From a bacterium (lineage in GTDB: Bacteria; UBP14; UBA6098): a stretch of 64,000 nt of DNA. How positions within the stretch are numbered: position 1 is the first letter of the stretch; every line of letters begins with the position of its first letter. Location: assembly GCA_023145965.1 (NCBI GenBank), contig JAGLDC010000007.1:5574-69573 (forward strand), in the 5' to 3' direction. The notes beneath the pieces are model-generated. The model searched no databases and was not told where the DNA came from. It saw nothing but the letters and a program-made list of their open reading frames with translations. This document shows positions 44,312 through 55,529 of the stretch, piece after piece. A program made the translations under genes and the position numbers.

Positions 44312-47300
44312 ATGAAGAAAATAATCGCAGGAATCCTTTTTATCGCGTTGATTTCTGTTGTTGGTCTTGTGGCTCAGGATGCAGAAGAGACTACGACAGT
44401 AGTTGATGAAAATATTTTAGCCGAAGAAGCGGATGCTACTGCTACAGAAGCAATCGAAGAAAATTCTCCGGTTAATCCGGCGATGAATCAAACCGGCATT
44501 GGAGGGATTAATGAGGCTTATGAAGCGGGTGCGGAGGCTCTCCAGGAAGGTAATTCAGATTCAGCGATCTCCTATTTCCAAAGCGCTGTTACTATCGCCG
44601 ATGTATTCCTTGGCGGTATTGTCGATCCTAGCGAAGAAGCTCAGGCTAAATATTTTAAAGGTCTTGCGCTTTATTATTGGGGGAAATTGGCAAAAGATGA
44701 CGGTAAGCTCGACGAGGCTTCTGCGGAATTCGGAGAGGCAATTAGCGCTTTTACAGCGATAGAGAAACTCGGGCGTTTTTATCTCGATAGTAAATATCGA
44801 AGAGCACTGTGTTCTTATCGTCAGTACCAAAATGCTAAGGTAGAAAATTCGCAGATTCGTAAGCTTGGTCAGTCATACGGCGATCTTCGAGATTTTCTCG
44901 AAGACCCTGCTCTTCAAGAGGCCAAGGATGAAATGGTCTCTGAGATCGAGAGCGGGAATTATTTTTCAGCATTATGCCTATTAAGACGCGGGCAAATCAA
45001 GACTTTCGATCCCTCTGAGTATAAAGCAGCTAAAAACGATCTTATTACAGCAGCAGGTTATTTCGCGGAGTTGGTAGATGCCAAAAACCAGCAAATAGCT
45101 ATTGTATCGAAATTAATGGAAGGGCTTACACATTATTACATAGCCAGATTATATATGCAGGTTACCCCGGAAAACTGGGAAGAGGTGGCTCTTTCTAATA
45201 AAGAGAGAGATGCGGTCATTATGGAGGAACTAGAAACAGCTGATACGAGGTTGAAGGCCGCAAAGTCCTCAGTGGGAGCATTTGCTACCGCAGTGCCTTA
45301 TATCGATTTCGCTATACTCTATAATAAAATTGCTCGAGGTGCCGCTGGTGATGCTTCAAAGCTTCGCGAGGCTTTAGAAACCCTTTCAAGCCAATCAGCT
45401 TCTGGGATATGGTCAAAGGAAAAAGACATACTTGCAGCAGATGCACAATTGCTGCGCTATTTTTCAGGGGAAGCGAATGCCGGTGCGGCCGTTAACGGAT
45501 GGAGTGGTTTAACGGGGAAAGATAAGATTGCAAATTACTGGATAGGTTGGGTTAAATTCATTGAGGCAATTGAAGAACCAAATAACTATCCCCAGTCCTC
45601 AGCTCAATTTAATAATTTCTTATCTGGTGGTAGTGGGTCAACGCGTGAAGCTATCATGCGTGCCGATGCAAAATTTAGAGATGCTGAATGTATATTCTGG
45701 GATGCTACTCTTAAAGAGCTTGCCCCTCTTCTTCAAGAAGCCAAAGGTACATACGAATCCCTTATTTCAAGCAGTGGAGCTTATTTCCGCTATCTTCCAG
45801 AAGAAATCCTCAAGCAAGCAGAAGTTAGGATTCAGATCATTGAAGTTCAACAGAGAATGGCAAGTGGAACCAGTGATATTAACCGCGTGATTACGAACCT
45901 TAAAATGCAAGGTCTTAATCTACCAGATGATGCGGCAGCTTATCTCAATTTTGGCCAATACTTCCTAGAAAAGGCAAACCGAGAAGCTGGCGACAAGCGT
46001 ATCCGCGATGTGGGTTTAGCTATAGGTCTTTTTAATCATGTAGCACAGAATTCATCGGTTAAAGCCGGTTTATTGCAGGAAGCTAAGTTCCTCAAAGGTG
46101 TGGGTTATGTTAAGAAGGCTACAGCTGTTCAGTCCCAAGAAGAAGCTTCTTCCGCAATGAAAGAAGCACAGCAGATTCTTAATGGCGTCACCGGTAAATT
46201 GGCAACAGAAGCGAAATATGCTATCGGTGTTGGTTTCTTCAATATAGAGGATAAGGCCAATGCGAGAACAGCGCTTAATAGCTTTAAAGATAACTATCTT
46301 CGTCCTGCTTTTGTATATGGAATGTCGAGCGATGGTTGTGTTACTAAAGGAACATATCTTCGCAAAGTTATTTCAAGCACAGACAGGTCGGACACATGGC
46401 ATATCAAAGCAACTTTGGCTTTTGATGGTCTCGAGTGTAAAAGCAGTATTCCCCCTCAATCAAACGATTTAAAATCTATCGGTTCACCGATTACATATGA
46501 GTCTCTTGCCGATGCAAAAGCACAAATGGATGAACTTAGATCTAAAGCTATTCTTATGTGGGAGAAAGTCAGCCCAGGAATGAATGCGTATCCGGCAGAT
46601 GATCTAATTCCAGATATGCCACCAAAAACGACTATTCTTGTTCAATTTCAAATTGTCGATCCTAATGATAAAACCATAAGCGGTGATCATTCTCTTATTA
46701 TAGACAACGATACTGAGATTGCTGAAAAAACGGATGGAAGCACCTATCGCGCAACTCTTAGCAGAGCGACACATAAGATAGAAGTTAACTTTAGAGGCTA
46801 TTATAAGTTTTCCGAGGAGCTTTCAATTACAGAAGAACAAACGGTTCCTTTAGTTCTAAAAAAGGCTGTTCGTTATGTCAGAAGAGGTTCTGATGTTGAT
46901 AATACAAATCAACCGATGGCCATCACTGCCGACGATGAGCAGTTATTCGTTGCAAGCAACGATAAGAAAACCATATTTAGACGCAATGCAGGGGAAAACC
47001 TCATTGGTTCGATTAATTATGAAGATATCGGTGTTTCAGCAGTTACCGGTTTAGCCCTCGATGGTGATTATTTGTTAGTGGTCGATGGTCGTTCGGGGCA
47101 AGTTAAGCTCACCACGGTCGATGGCTCAGATGTTCAGCCTATTGCGGTTAAGGGCGAATCTTATGGTGGTTCACCGTTAGTGAAGCCATTAAGCGCGATT
47201 TCTGTGGATGGCAGATATTATGTTGTCGATGCTGGCAATAGCCGTATTGTTGTTTTCGAGGGGATTAATTTCAGGAGTAAATTCGGAGTTGATCAGCTAG

Positions 47301-47674
47301 AGCATCCAATGGGAATTGCCTATAGAGCAAGTGATAGCAGGCTTTTAGTCACTGATATTGTCCAAGGGAAGGTGTTTGTTTTTTCAAAGACAGGAGACAT
47401 GATTGAGAGTTTCGCACTACCTAATCTAAAAAGCCCAAGTAGTATCTTCGTTGACCCTGATGGTTTTATCCTTATCTCGGACTATGTTAGCAATGCAATT
47501 TACAAATATACGAACAGATTCGAACCTCTCGGTGAAGTTACAGGTGAGATTGAGGCTCCGATTGCTATTGCGCAAATAGGGAGTGGTCCTGATGCAACAC
47601 TTTTTGTTGCATGTCAAGATGTTGTCGCAGTATTAAAGGGCGCATGGGACAATGCCTATACGCCGTCTAAGTAA
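44312..47674 (+). CDS. Large secreted TPR-like and NHL-repeat beta-propeller protein (1120 aa)
   Basis: Signal peptide MKKIIAGILFIALISVVGLVAQ. Long helical-repeat region. C-terminal NHL repeats (YVVDAGNSRIVVFEG; LLVTDIVQGKVFVFSKTGD; ILISDYVSNAIYKY). Confidence 0.6.
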   Translation: MKKIIAGILFIALISVVGLVAQDAEETTTVVDENILAEEADATATEAIEENSPVNPAMNQTGIGGINEAYEAGAEALQEGNSDSAISYFQSAVTIADVFLGGIVDPSEEAQAKYFKGLALYYWGKLAKDDGKLDEASAEFGEAISAFTAIEKLGRFYLDSKYRRALCSYRQYQNAKVENSQIRKLGQSYGDLRDFLEDPALQEAKDEMVSEIESGNYFSALCLLRRGQIKTFDPSEYKAAKNDLITAAGYFAELVDAKNQQIAIVSKLMEGLTHYYIARLYMQVTPENWEEVALSNKERDAVIMEELETADTRLKAAKSSVGAFATAVPYIDFAILYNKIARGAAGDASKLREALETLSSQSASGIWSKEKDILAADAQLLRYFSGEANAGAAVNGWSGLTGKDKIANYWIGWVKFIEAIEEPNNYPQSSAQFNNFLSGGSGSTREAIMRADAKFRDAECIFWDATLKELAPLLQEAKGTYESLISSSGAYFRYLPEEILKQAEVRIQIIEVQQRMASGTSDINRVITNLKMQGLNLPDDAAAYLNFGQYFLEKANREAGDKRIRDVGLAIGLFNHVAQNSSVKAGLLQEAKFLKGVGYVKKATAVQSQEEASSAMKEAQQILNGVTGKLATEAKYAIGVGFFNIEDKANARTALNSFKDNYLRPAFVYGMSSDGCVTKGTYLRKVISSTDRSDTWHIKATLAFDGLECKSSIPPQSNDLKSIGSPITYESLADAKAQMDELRSKAILMWEKVSPGMNAYPADDLIPDMPPKTTILVQFQIVDPNDKTISGDHSLIIDNDTEIAEKTDGSTYRATLSRATHKIEVNFRGYYKFSEELSITEEQTVPLVLKKAVRYVRRGSDVDNTNQPMAITADDEQLFVASNDKKTIFRRNAGENLIGSINYEDIGVSAVTGLALDGDYLLVVDGRSGQVKLTTVDGSDVQPIAVKGESYGGSPLVKPLSAISVDGRYYVVDAGNSRIVVFEGINFRSKFGVDQLEHPMGIAYRASDSRLLVTDIVQGKVFVFSKTGDMIESFALPNLKSPSSIFVDPDGFILISDYVSNAIYKYTNRFEPLGEVTGEIEAPIAIAQIGSGPDATLFVACQDVVAVLKGAWDNAYTPSK

Positions 47675-49241
47675 GACATTTATTAAAGTTGCTATCCTCT
47701 TTGGGGGGTTCTTATTTTGTAAGACCCCCCTTTTAGGTCAATATACTATCGACCTTACCGATGGGATATGCTCACAAAGGTTCCTTAATTCCGCCGAAAA
47801 TGTAGCTAAGTCATACGCAAATGATCTTGGTGCCCCCGAATTTCTATCGCAAATGATAGATTCCTCTTTTATTTCAGAAGATTATATATCGACAATTACA
47901 TACCTATATATAGCCCATTTTGCGGCTGGTGTGGATGAAACATATCTAGGAGATATTGCCTTCGTTATGGAGAGGGCTGGGTGTAACAGCCTTCCTGATT
48001 CATTATATAAGCTTCATATGGAAATAAACCCGCGCGACTATAAAGCTATCGGGAATTATGCTATTCTGTTAGCCAAAAACTGGAAATTTAAGGATGCGAG
48101 ACACATTATTGAAAGCAATTTGGGTAAATTTCGTGGTGAGAAAAAAAATAATTTATTAAGAGATCTAGGTCTTGTTAGAGCCCTGGAATATAATCGAAAC
48201 AAAAGTGAAAAAGCTTTATCAGCAGCTTTTGAGGCTTTTAGAAAAACTAGATATGGAACTCGAAAATCGCCTACAACTTTACAAAGAGGTGCTGTAGATT
48301 TTAAAGTTGCCCCTGTAGAAAGCTTCGAAAGCGGTAAATATAGATTCAACGCCTCACTCGAACATGCTGTAGGTTCAGATGGAATTATCCTTAATATTTG
48401 CGGAAGAATTGTTTTTGGAAGGGAAATGACTACGGACATTAAAGAGATCGATCAACTGGATGTTGCTGAGCTTTTAGGAGATATATATATTGCCCCGGGA
48501 GATTATTTACAAAGCGAAAGAGGTGCTTTAGAAGTTATAGGTGATCTTGGAGAATTCGCACCATTTTACGATGGTAGGATAGAACTCGAGATTGAAGTGG
48601 TGTTTCCTGATGGTTCCCGAAAGTATTTTAAAAATAACCCAGAACCCTTAACGCTCGATTCACCACATCTATCCCATATCACGAGCGAGTTATTCTATGG
48701 TAAAGGTGAATGGTCTTGCTCGTTAATGACAGAAATAGCCGATAGTGGAGCCGATTTGCCGGTATTATGGCGCGAATCAGCATATCTATCTACTGCATTA
48801 GAAGATTCAAGCAAATGGGTCGAGGCGATAAACTTCGTCGATTCACTTATGAATATAAAGTTGTATCCGAATCTCTGGGTTTATCGTGGCGCATTGGATT
48901 ACCTTTTAGGCAATTATGTTGCCGCAAGACATCCGTTGTTACAGGCTTTAGAGAATGATCCTAATAATTATTGGGCTATGCATAATCTTGGACTTGTAGA
49001 ATATGAGCTTGGCAATGAATCTCTAGCTGTCGAGCTTCTTATAAAAACCGCAGATATCAATCCTGAAATGAGTGCGAATTATATTGTAGCTGGAGCTATC
49101 TTAGAAGAAGATGGCAAATTAAGGGAAGCTTTAAAATACTACAAGAAGGGGCATTCCAAATCAGCTTTTCGCTCAGATGAAGTTCAAAGTTGGATCAAAA
49201 ATCTGGAGCAACAGCCGGGGATAATGGAGCCGATTGAATAG
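47652..49241 (+). CDS. TPR repeat protein with an N-terminal membrane anchor
   Basis: Hydrophobic N-terminus VAILFGGFLFC. C-terminal TPR units (YRGALDYLLGNYVAARHPLLQALENDPNNYWAMHNLGLVEYELGN..). 23-nt overlap with the upstream gene. Confidence 0.55.
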   Translation: MPIRRLSKTFIKVAILFGGFLFCKTPLLGQYTIDLTDGICSQRFLNSAENVAKSYANDLGAPEFLSQMIDSSFISEDYISTITYLYIAHFAAGVDETYLGDIAFVMERAGCNSLPDSLYKLHMEINPRDYKAIGNYAILLAKNWKFKDARHIIESNLGKFRGEKKNNLLRDLGLVRALEYNRNKSEKALSAAFEAFRKTRYGTRKSPTTLQRGAVDFKVAPVESFESGKYRFNASLEHAVGSDGIILNICGRIVFGREMTTDIKEIDQLDVAELLGDIYIAPGDYLQSERGALEVIGDLGEFAPFYDGRIELEIEVVFPDGSRKYFKNNPEPLTLDSPHLSHITSELFYGKGEWSCSLMTEIADSGADLPVLWRESAYLSTALEDSSKWVEAINFVDSLMNIKLYPNLWVYRGALDYLLGNYVAARHPLLQALENDPNNYWAMHNLGLVEYELGNESLAVELLIKTADINPEMSANYIVAGAILEEDGKLREALKYYKKGHSKSAFRSDEVQSWIKNLEQQPGIMEPIE

Positions 49242-49245
49242 AGAT

Positions 49246-50151
49246 TTAGTCTTCAACCACTGCGGGAGATATATATTTTTTAGGATCTGTCGCTTTTCCT
49301 GATATCCTGACTTCGTAATGAAGATGCACACCTGTAGTGTTACCTGAATTCCCGCAAGTCCCGATGATATCACCCCGTTTAACGGACTGTCCCGGTCTGA
49401 CTTTAATTTCACTTAAGTGTGCATATCGGGTTTCGTAATATGTATGATTTACCCTAACCATCTTGCCATAGCCGTGATACCAGCCTGTAAAACGAACTTT
49501 TCCATCTGCGGTAGCGCGCACCGGTGTCCCTTTTCTTGCACAAATATCAATGCCTTCATGTTGTTTCCAAATGCCAGTAAAGGGATCGAGCCTTTTCCCA
49601 AAGCCAGAACTGACGTAACCCTTCATAGGCCAAATAGAAGGAGTGCGGTCGAATAGCGACTTTCTTTTAGTGAAGTGTTCTTGTGTCTCAAGAATAGCCT
49701 TATTTTCGGTCTGAGCGGCCACTATAAGGGAATCGAGTTTTCTGTCTATTTCTTTAGCGCGAGCTAAGATAATCGGTTGATCGGGATCAAGGTAAGCGAG
49801 TTCTGGGCCACCTATGCCATAAGAAAAATTGGATTCATCGATGGGGGGGAGGTCGGCTACCTCGCGGACTTTCGAGTTAATTTCCCTCAGATTGCCGAAG
49901 AGAATTTCCAGAGAATCTGCTCTATGTTCCATTATCTTTATATTTTGCGCGAGTAACTTATTATTATTGGATTGCGCGCGAGATTGAACAAGCTCATTAA
50001 AATTAAACAGATTGAAGCCGAAAAATAGCACATTTACAAGTATGAGGGCTCCGACTGCGAAAAGAATCCATCGAAGTCGTGAGCCCTCAATTCTGATTTG
50101 CCTGATCTTCCCCGAATGTGGGGGGATTATTTGAAAACTATATTTTCCCAT
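49246..50151 (-). CDS. M23 family peptidase (LytM/EnvC-like, N-terminal TM plus coiled coil)
   Basis: HEGIDICARKGTPVRATADGKV..GNTTGVHLHYEV zinc motifs. Convergent with the TPR gene, 4-nt gap. Confidence 0.85.
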   Translation of the reverse strand: MGKYSFQIIPPHSGKIRQIRIEGSRLRWILFAVGALILVNVLFFGFNLFNFNELVQSRAQSNNNKLLAQNIKIMEHRADSLEILFGNLREINSKVREVADLPPIDESNFSYGIGGPELAYLDPDQPIILARAKEIDRKLDSLIVAAQTENKAILETQEHFTKRKSLFDRTPSIWPMKGYVSSGFGKRLDPFTGIWKQHEGIDICARKGTPVRATADGKVRFTGWYHGYGKMVRVNHTYYETRYAHLSEIKVRPGQSVKRGDIIGTCGNSGNTTGVHLHYEVRISGKATDPKKYISPAVVED

Positions 50152-50193
50152 TTATTAATTGAAATATATTAATTAATTATAATCCGTCAAGGT

Positions 50194-51291
50194 TTAAGGT
50201 CTTATCTGTTCGAGTGCTTTTTCGTCGAGAGCTTTCACGGTTTCCACTAAAATAGCAATCAAGTTATCGACATCATCGCGATGAAGAATGCCATAGTGGC
50301 TATGAATATACCTTGTTGCGATACTGAGTGTCAAACTGGGGATACCCTGTCTTGTGGTAGCAAAACGGCCACCATCGGTACCGCCTTTACTCAAACTTCC
50401 CATCTGATAAGGAATCTTGTTTTTATCTGCTATGTCAAGAACGAAGTCTAAGAGGCGCGGATTGGGAAGAAGGCTTCCGTCCATTACACTGATAGAGGGT
50501 CCTTTTCCAATCTTTTCACCCCATTCAGAGTTGGAACTTCCGGGAATATCGGCGGCAAGCGTAACATCGATAGCTATTGCGATATCCGGATTAACGAAAT
50601 AAGCACATGTTCCAGCGCCGCGAAGTCCAACTTCTTCCTGAACCGAGCCACCGGCATAAAGCGTATTCGGGTGCTTTTGCCCCTTAAGAGCTTTGGCAAC
50701 TTCCATTGCAATAGCGACTCCAATTCTATTGTCCCAAGCTTTAGCCATTAGAAATTTGCCGTCGGGGCCAATTTTCTCAAATTGAGCGTAAGGAACCACG
50801 GGATCGCCGACTTTTACCCCGAATTTCTTTGCGGCTTCGTTGTCTTCGGAGGCACCAATATCGATGTAAAGGTCATCAAGGTCCATAACTTTACTACGCT
50901 CTTCCTGTTTTAAGGAATGAGGGGCCTTTGAGCCGATCATACCATGAACTAGTTTGCCCTGACGAGTGCGAATAACAACCCTTTGGCTAAGTAAGACATG
51001 AGGCCACCAACCTCCGAGTGGGTTGATCTTGAGATAACCACTTTTTGTGATACCGGATATCATAAAACCAACCTCGTCCATGTGGCCTGCGATGAGGATC
51101 GAGGGGGACTTCGAGCTTCCTACTTTCTTGCCGATAGTGCTTCCGAGCCCATCGCGCATGATCTCGCAGAAACCGCCGAGATGCTCCTCTACAATTTTGC
51201 TTACTTCCTCCTCGAAGCCGCTTGGACCGAATGCATCGGTTAATTGGATGAGTAACTTCTCGCGTTCGTCAGATGACTTAATTTTTGCCAT
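50194..51291 (-). CDS. M42 family aminopeptidase (FrvX/YsdC/CelM-like)
   Basis: GHMDEVGFMI and the downstream metal-binding Asp/Glu pattern typical of M42 glutamyl aminopeptidases. Confidence 0.8.
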   Translation of the reverse strand: MAKIKSSDEREKLLIQLTDAFGPSGFEEEVSKIVEEHLGGFCEIMRDGLGSTIGKKVGSSKSPSILIAGHMDEVGFMISGITKSGYLKINPLGGWWPHVLLSQRVVIRTRQGKLVHGMIGSKAPHSLKQEERSKVMDLDDLYIDIGASEDNEAAKKFGVKVGDPVVPYAQFEKIGPDGKFLMAKAWDNRIGVAIAMEVAKALKGQKHPNTLYAGGSVQEEVGLRGAGTCAYFVNPDIAIAIDVTLAADIPGSSNSEWGEKIGKGPSISVMDGSLLPNPRLLDFVLDIADKNKIPYQMGSLSKGGTDGGRFATTRQGIPSLTLSIATRYIHSHYGILHRDDVDNLIAILVETVKALDEKALEQIRP

Positions 51292-51320
51292 GATTTATCC
51301 TTTCGAGAATTTTGAATAAC

Positions 51321-54071
51321 CTATTTATTTCTTAAAGCTGCTTGAGCCGCCGCAAGGCGTGCGACCGGAACCCTATAAGGACTACAACTAACATAATTCA
51401 GGCCAACTCGGTGGCAGAAATCGATAGAATTCGGTTCTCCACCGTGTTCGCCACAAATACCTGCTTTTAGATTTGGATTGGTTTTGCGGCCTAATTCAAC
51501 AGCGATAGATACTAGTTTGCCGACTCCCTTTTGATCGAGGGATTGGAAGGGATCAATATCGTAGATGCCGAGTTTAACATAGTAGGGAAGGAATTTACCT
51601 GCATCGTCGCGCGAGAAACCACAACCCATTTGTGTAAGGTCGTTTGTTCCGAAGCTAAAAAACTCAGCAATAGTGGCTATTTCATCCGCCGTCACGGCAG
51701 CACGGGGAATCTCTATCATAGTGCCTACTTGATAAGGGATATCCTTTTTGGAGAGCCCTGCATCGGTAAGAACTTGGTCTGCCATCTCGACAACAAAATT
51801 CTTTTGAAGCTCTAGTTCTTTGACATTGCCGATCAGAGGAATCATAATTTCAGGATGGACTTCAATTCCCTCTTTGAATACCGTGACTGCAGCTTCCATG
51901 ATCGCTCGGGCTTGCATTTGTGTAATCTCGGGATATGTAATGCCTAGGCGGCAACCGCGATGTCCTAACATGGGGTTTGACTCATGCAAACTCTCTACTT
52001 TCGCTTTAACATCTTCTACAGAGATGCCTATCTGTGTCGCAACTTGTTGCTGCCCTTCGGGATCATGGGGAAGGAATTCATGTAAGGGTGGGTCGAGGGT
52101 TCTAATTGTTGCTGGTCTGCCATTGAGCGCGCGGAAAATACCCTCGAAATCGTCGCGTTGCATAGGAAGAATTTTGTCTAGGGCTTTTTTGCGGCCTTCA
52201 ATATTGTTTGCCATTATCATCTCTCTGAATGCCACAATACGGTCGCCTTCAAAGAACATGTGTTCCGTTCTACATAGTCCAATTCCTTGGGCGCCGAATT
52301 TTACCGCAATAACAGTGTCGCGCGGGGTGTCAGCATTTGTCCGCACACCAAGTTTGCGAATTTCGTCGGCCCAACTCATGAATTCCTCGTATTGTGCGTA
52401 TAGAAGGGAATCTTTCGGTTGAAGGGTGCCATTGAGAACCTGGAGTATTTCCGATGGCTTAACTTCGATCGGTCTTGCATATACATCGCCGGTGAATCCA
52501 TCGATGGAAATCATATCACCTTCATTGAATGACCTATTTTCGATTTTTAGAGTTCGGGATTTGTAATTGATCACAAGCTCTCCAGCGCCAGCTACGCAAG
52601 GAACTCCCATTCCACGGGCAACGACTGCGGCATGAGATGTCATACCCCCTCGTGAGGTTAGGATACCCTTAGAGATGGCCATTCCACCGATGTCCTCTGG
52701 AGTAGTCTCGATTCGAGTAAGTATAACGCGAGTGTGTTCTTCCAGATACGCCTTGCGTTCATGTTTAGGTAATTTTGCAGCTTCCGCTTTAGCTTTCGAG
52801 ATTATCTCTTCAGCTTTCTCGGAATTAAAGACTATAACTCCTGTCGCACCACCCGGGGATGCAGGCAAACCTGATGCCATCACTAAGCCTTCATCGCGCG
52901 CCTTTTTTTGATCTTTTGAGTCTAAGATGGGAGCAAAAAGCTGGTTGAGTTGGTCAGCTGGCACCCGAGAAATAGCCTCGTTTTTAGTGATAAAGCCATC
53001 TTCGACCATTTCAGTGGCAATTCTCAGGGCAGAAAATATAGTCCTTTTGCCACTACGGGTTTGAAGCATCCAGAGTTTATTATTTTCAATAGTAAATTCA
53101 ACATCCTGCATCTCGCGATAACGCTCTTCGAGTTTTTCGCGTATGTGAAGAAGCTCTTCATATGCTTTTGGCATATTTTCCTGAAGTTCTTTGATTGGCT
53201 TAGGCGTTCTGATCCCAGCGACGACATCTTCGCCCTGAGCATTCATTAAATATTCGCCATAGAATACGTTCTCGCCGGTGGCTGGGTTCCGTGTGAAGGC
53301 GACTCCGGTTCCACAATTCTCACCCATGTTACCGAAGACCATGGCCTGAATATTAACTGCTGTTCCGAGAAGGCCTTTGATATTGTTTAATTCGCGATAT
53401 TTGATAGCACGAGAATTGTTCCAGCTTCCGACTACTGCGCCGATCGAGCTTTTCAATTGCTCAAATGGGTCCGTTGGGAAATCACTACCCGTGTGTTCTT
53501 TGTAGATATTAAGATAATCATCGACAAGTTCCTTAAGATCATCCGCGCTCAGATCCATGTCGAGTTACACACCGCGTTCGTCTTTTTTAGCTTGAATTGC
53601 CTCTTCGAATTTTTCGTGGGGAACATTCATTACTACATTGCCGAACATATTAATAAATCTTCGATAGGCATCCCATGCAAAACGTTCGTTAGAGGACTTA
53701 TTAGCAAGGCCTTTAACAGATTTTGGGTTTAAGCCAAGATTGAGGACAGTGTCCATCATCCCGGGCATCGATACAGAGGCGCCCGAGCGAACTGAAACGA
53801 GAAGTGGATTATCTGAATCTCCAAGTTTCTTTTTCATGGCCTTCTCGAGTTTATGCATATACTCTTCTATGTCGGTCCAAAGGCCTTCAGGATAGGTGCA
53901 TTCGTGTTTGTGATAATAATCACAAACACTTGTAGATATTGTGAATCCAGGCGGAACAGGCAAGCCTAGCTTAGACATCTCTGCGAGGTTGGCTCCTTTA
54001 CCTCCGAGAATATCCTTCATTCCTGCGTTTCCTTCAGCTTCGTTCGGGCCGAAAAAGTATAGACATTTCAT
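51321..54071 (-). pseudogene. ppdK: Pyruvate, phosphate dikinase interrupted by one in-frame TAA (stop at 53565-53567 on the minus strand); two ORFs of 168 and 745 aa
   Basis: N-terminal ORF carries the PPDK ATP-grasp start (..[27 protein letters not shown]..). The C-terminal ORF carries phospho-His and PEP-utilising domains (..GGMTSHAAVVARGMG.., ..GICGEHGGEP..). The junction reads KKDERGV-TAA-LDMDLSADDLKEL in one frame, where PPDKs have GVKLDxDL. Confidence 0.8.
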
Positions 54072-54092
54072 ATAACCTCCTAATTTGCTTGA

Positions 54093-55520
54093 CTAATAGG
54101 TGTCCGAGCATTTTTCTTTATTTAACAACATTTTATCTTTTTCTGGGTTCTCAGTTAATTCGATTGGATATTTGCCATTAAAGCATGCCGTGCAAAATGT
54201 GGTATGCGGCAACCCCTCGATTGACATCATTCCTTCGAGTGAGAGATAACCTAATGTATCCGCGCCGATGAATTTAGCTGTATCTTCAAGAGAAGTGTGG
54301 CTTGCGATAAGCTGATCGGATGTCGGAGTGTCTATGCCATAATGACAAGGGAATTTAATTGAAGGGCTTGCGACCCGCATGTGCACCTCGGCGGCACCGG
54401 CTTCTCGTAACATGGATACCAAAGCTTTCGATGTAGTTCCTCTAACAATAGAATCATCGACAACTACAACACGCTTATTATAGAGCACGCCTCTCACTGG
54501 ATTATATTTAATCCTCACTCCAAAGTCGCGTATTGCCTGCCTGGGTTGAATAAATGTTCTTCCGATATAATGATTTCTAATGAGCCCGAATTCGAAAGGT
54601 ATGCCGCTTTCTCTCGAATAACCGAGTGCAGCGGTATTCGAGCTATCCGGCACGCTGATGACTATATCCGCTTCAGCAGGTTGCTCTTGAGCGAGAACTC
54701 TCCCCATTCTCCTTCTAATTTTATCCACATTTGTGTCGAATATTCGGCTGTCAGGTCGGGAAAAATATATAAACTCAAATATACAAGGAGAGGGAGTTAC
54801 CGGTTTGAAAGGGAATAATGATTCAACATTGCCTCGGTTATCGGCAATTATCATTTCACCCGGTTCGAGAGTTTTACCCATGGGGAGGTCTAAAAGATCG
54901 AACGCACAAGACTCACTCGCTACGACGGTTCCTCCTTCCGGAGTACGTGTGATCCCAAGCGGCCGGAATCCAGATGGATCGCGAACGGCAATAAGCGAAT
55001 CCAGCGTAAGAAATACCAGTGAATAAGCTCCTTTGACTTGCGAGAGAGCATCGGCTATACCTTCTGCTGTGGTTCTGCATGGACTTTTCGCGAGAAGGTG
55101 AAGAATAACTTCGGTATCTGTTGAAGTGCGAAAAATGGAGCCTTCTTGTTCCATTTTTCGCCGAAGCTCACGGGCATTAATGAGATTGCCATTATGCGCT
55201 CCGGTGATTGTTCCTCGTTTATAATTAATTGTGAAAGGCTGAGAATTGGCAAAATTCGTTGATCCTGTAGTGGAATATCTAACATGTCCGATAGCTGCCG
55301 AGCCGACCAAATCCTTTAATGTTTCGGGAGAACCAAAGACTTGATTAACAAGACCGAGGCCCTTTCTCTCGATTAACTCTTTTCCATCGGAGATGACTAA
55401 ACCTGCAGATTCTTGACCTCTATGTTGAAGAGCATAAAGACCCATATAGGCCTTGATAGCCGCATCCGGAACGCCAATCAAGCCAACGATTCCACAGTAT
55501 TCACCAAAATTACTGCTCAT
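54093..55520 (-). CDS. purF: Amidophosphoribosyltransferase
   Basis: N-terminal nucleophile region EYCGIVGLIG, glutaminase domain, and a PRTase C-terminal domain with a Cys-rich Fe-S region. Confidence 0.9.
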   Translation of the reverse strand: MSSNFGEYCGIVGLIGVPDAAIKAYMGLYALQHRGQESAGLVISDGKELIERKGLGLVNQVFGSPETLKDLVGSAAIGHVRYSTTGSTNFANSQPFTINYKRGTITGAHNGNLINARELRRKMEQEGSIFRTSTDTEVILHLLAKSPCRTTAEGIADALSQVKGAYSLVFLTLDSLIAVRDPSGFRPLGITRTPEGGTVVASESCAFDLLDLPMGKTLEPGEMIIADNRGNVESLFPFKPVTPSPCIFEFIYFSRPDSRIFDTNVDKIRRRMGRVLAQEQPAEADIVISVPDSSNTAALGYSRESGIPFEFGLIRNHYIGRTFIQPRQAIRDFGVRIKYNPVRGVLYNKRVVVVDDSIVRGTTSKALVSMLREAGAAEVHMRVASPSIKFPCHYGIDTPTSDQLIASHTSLEDTAKFIGADTLGYLSLEGMMSIEGLPHTTFCTACFNGKYPIELTENPEKDKMLLNKEKCSDTY

Positions 55521-55529
55521 CGATTCCTT

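Noticed and set aside
53565-53567. Alternative genetic code (TAA reassigned) as the explanation for the in-frame stop in ppdK
   Set aside because: TAA, TGA and TAG each terminate conserved genes at the expected positions (accB TAA, hprK TGA, exbD TAG). No other conserved gene shows internal stops.
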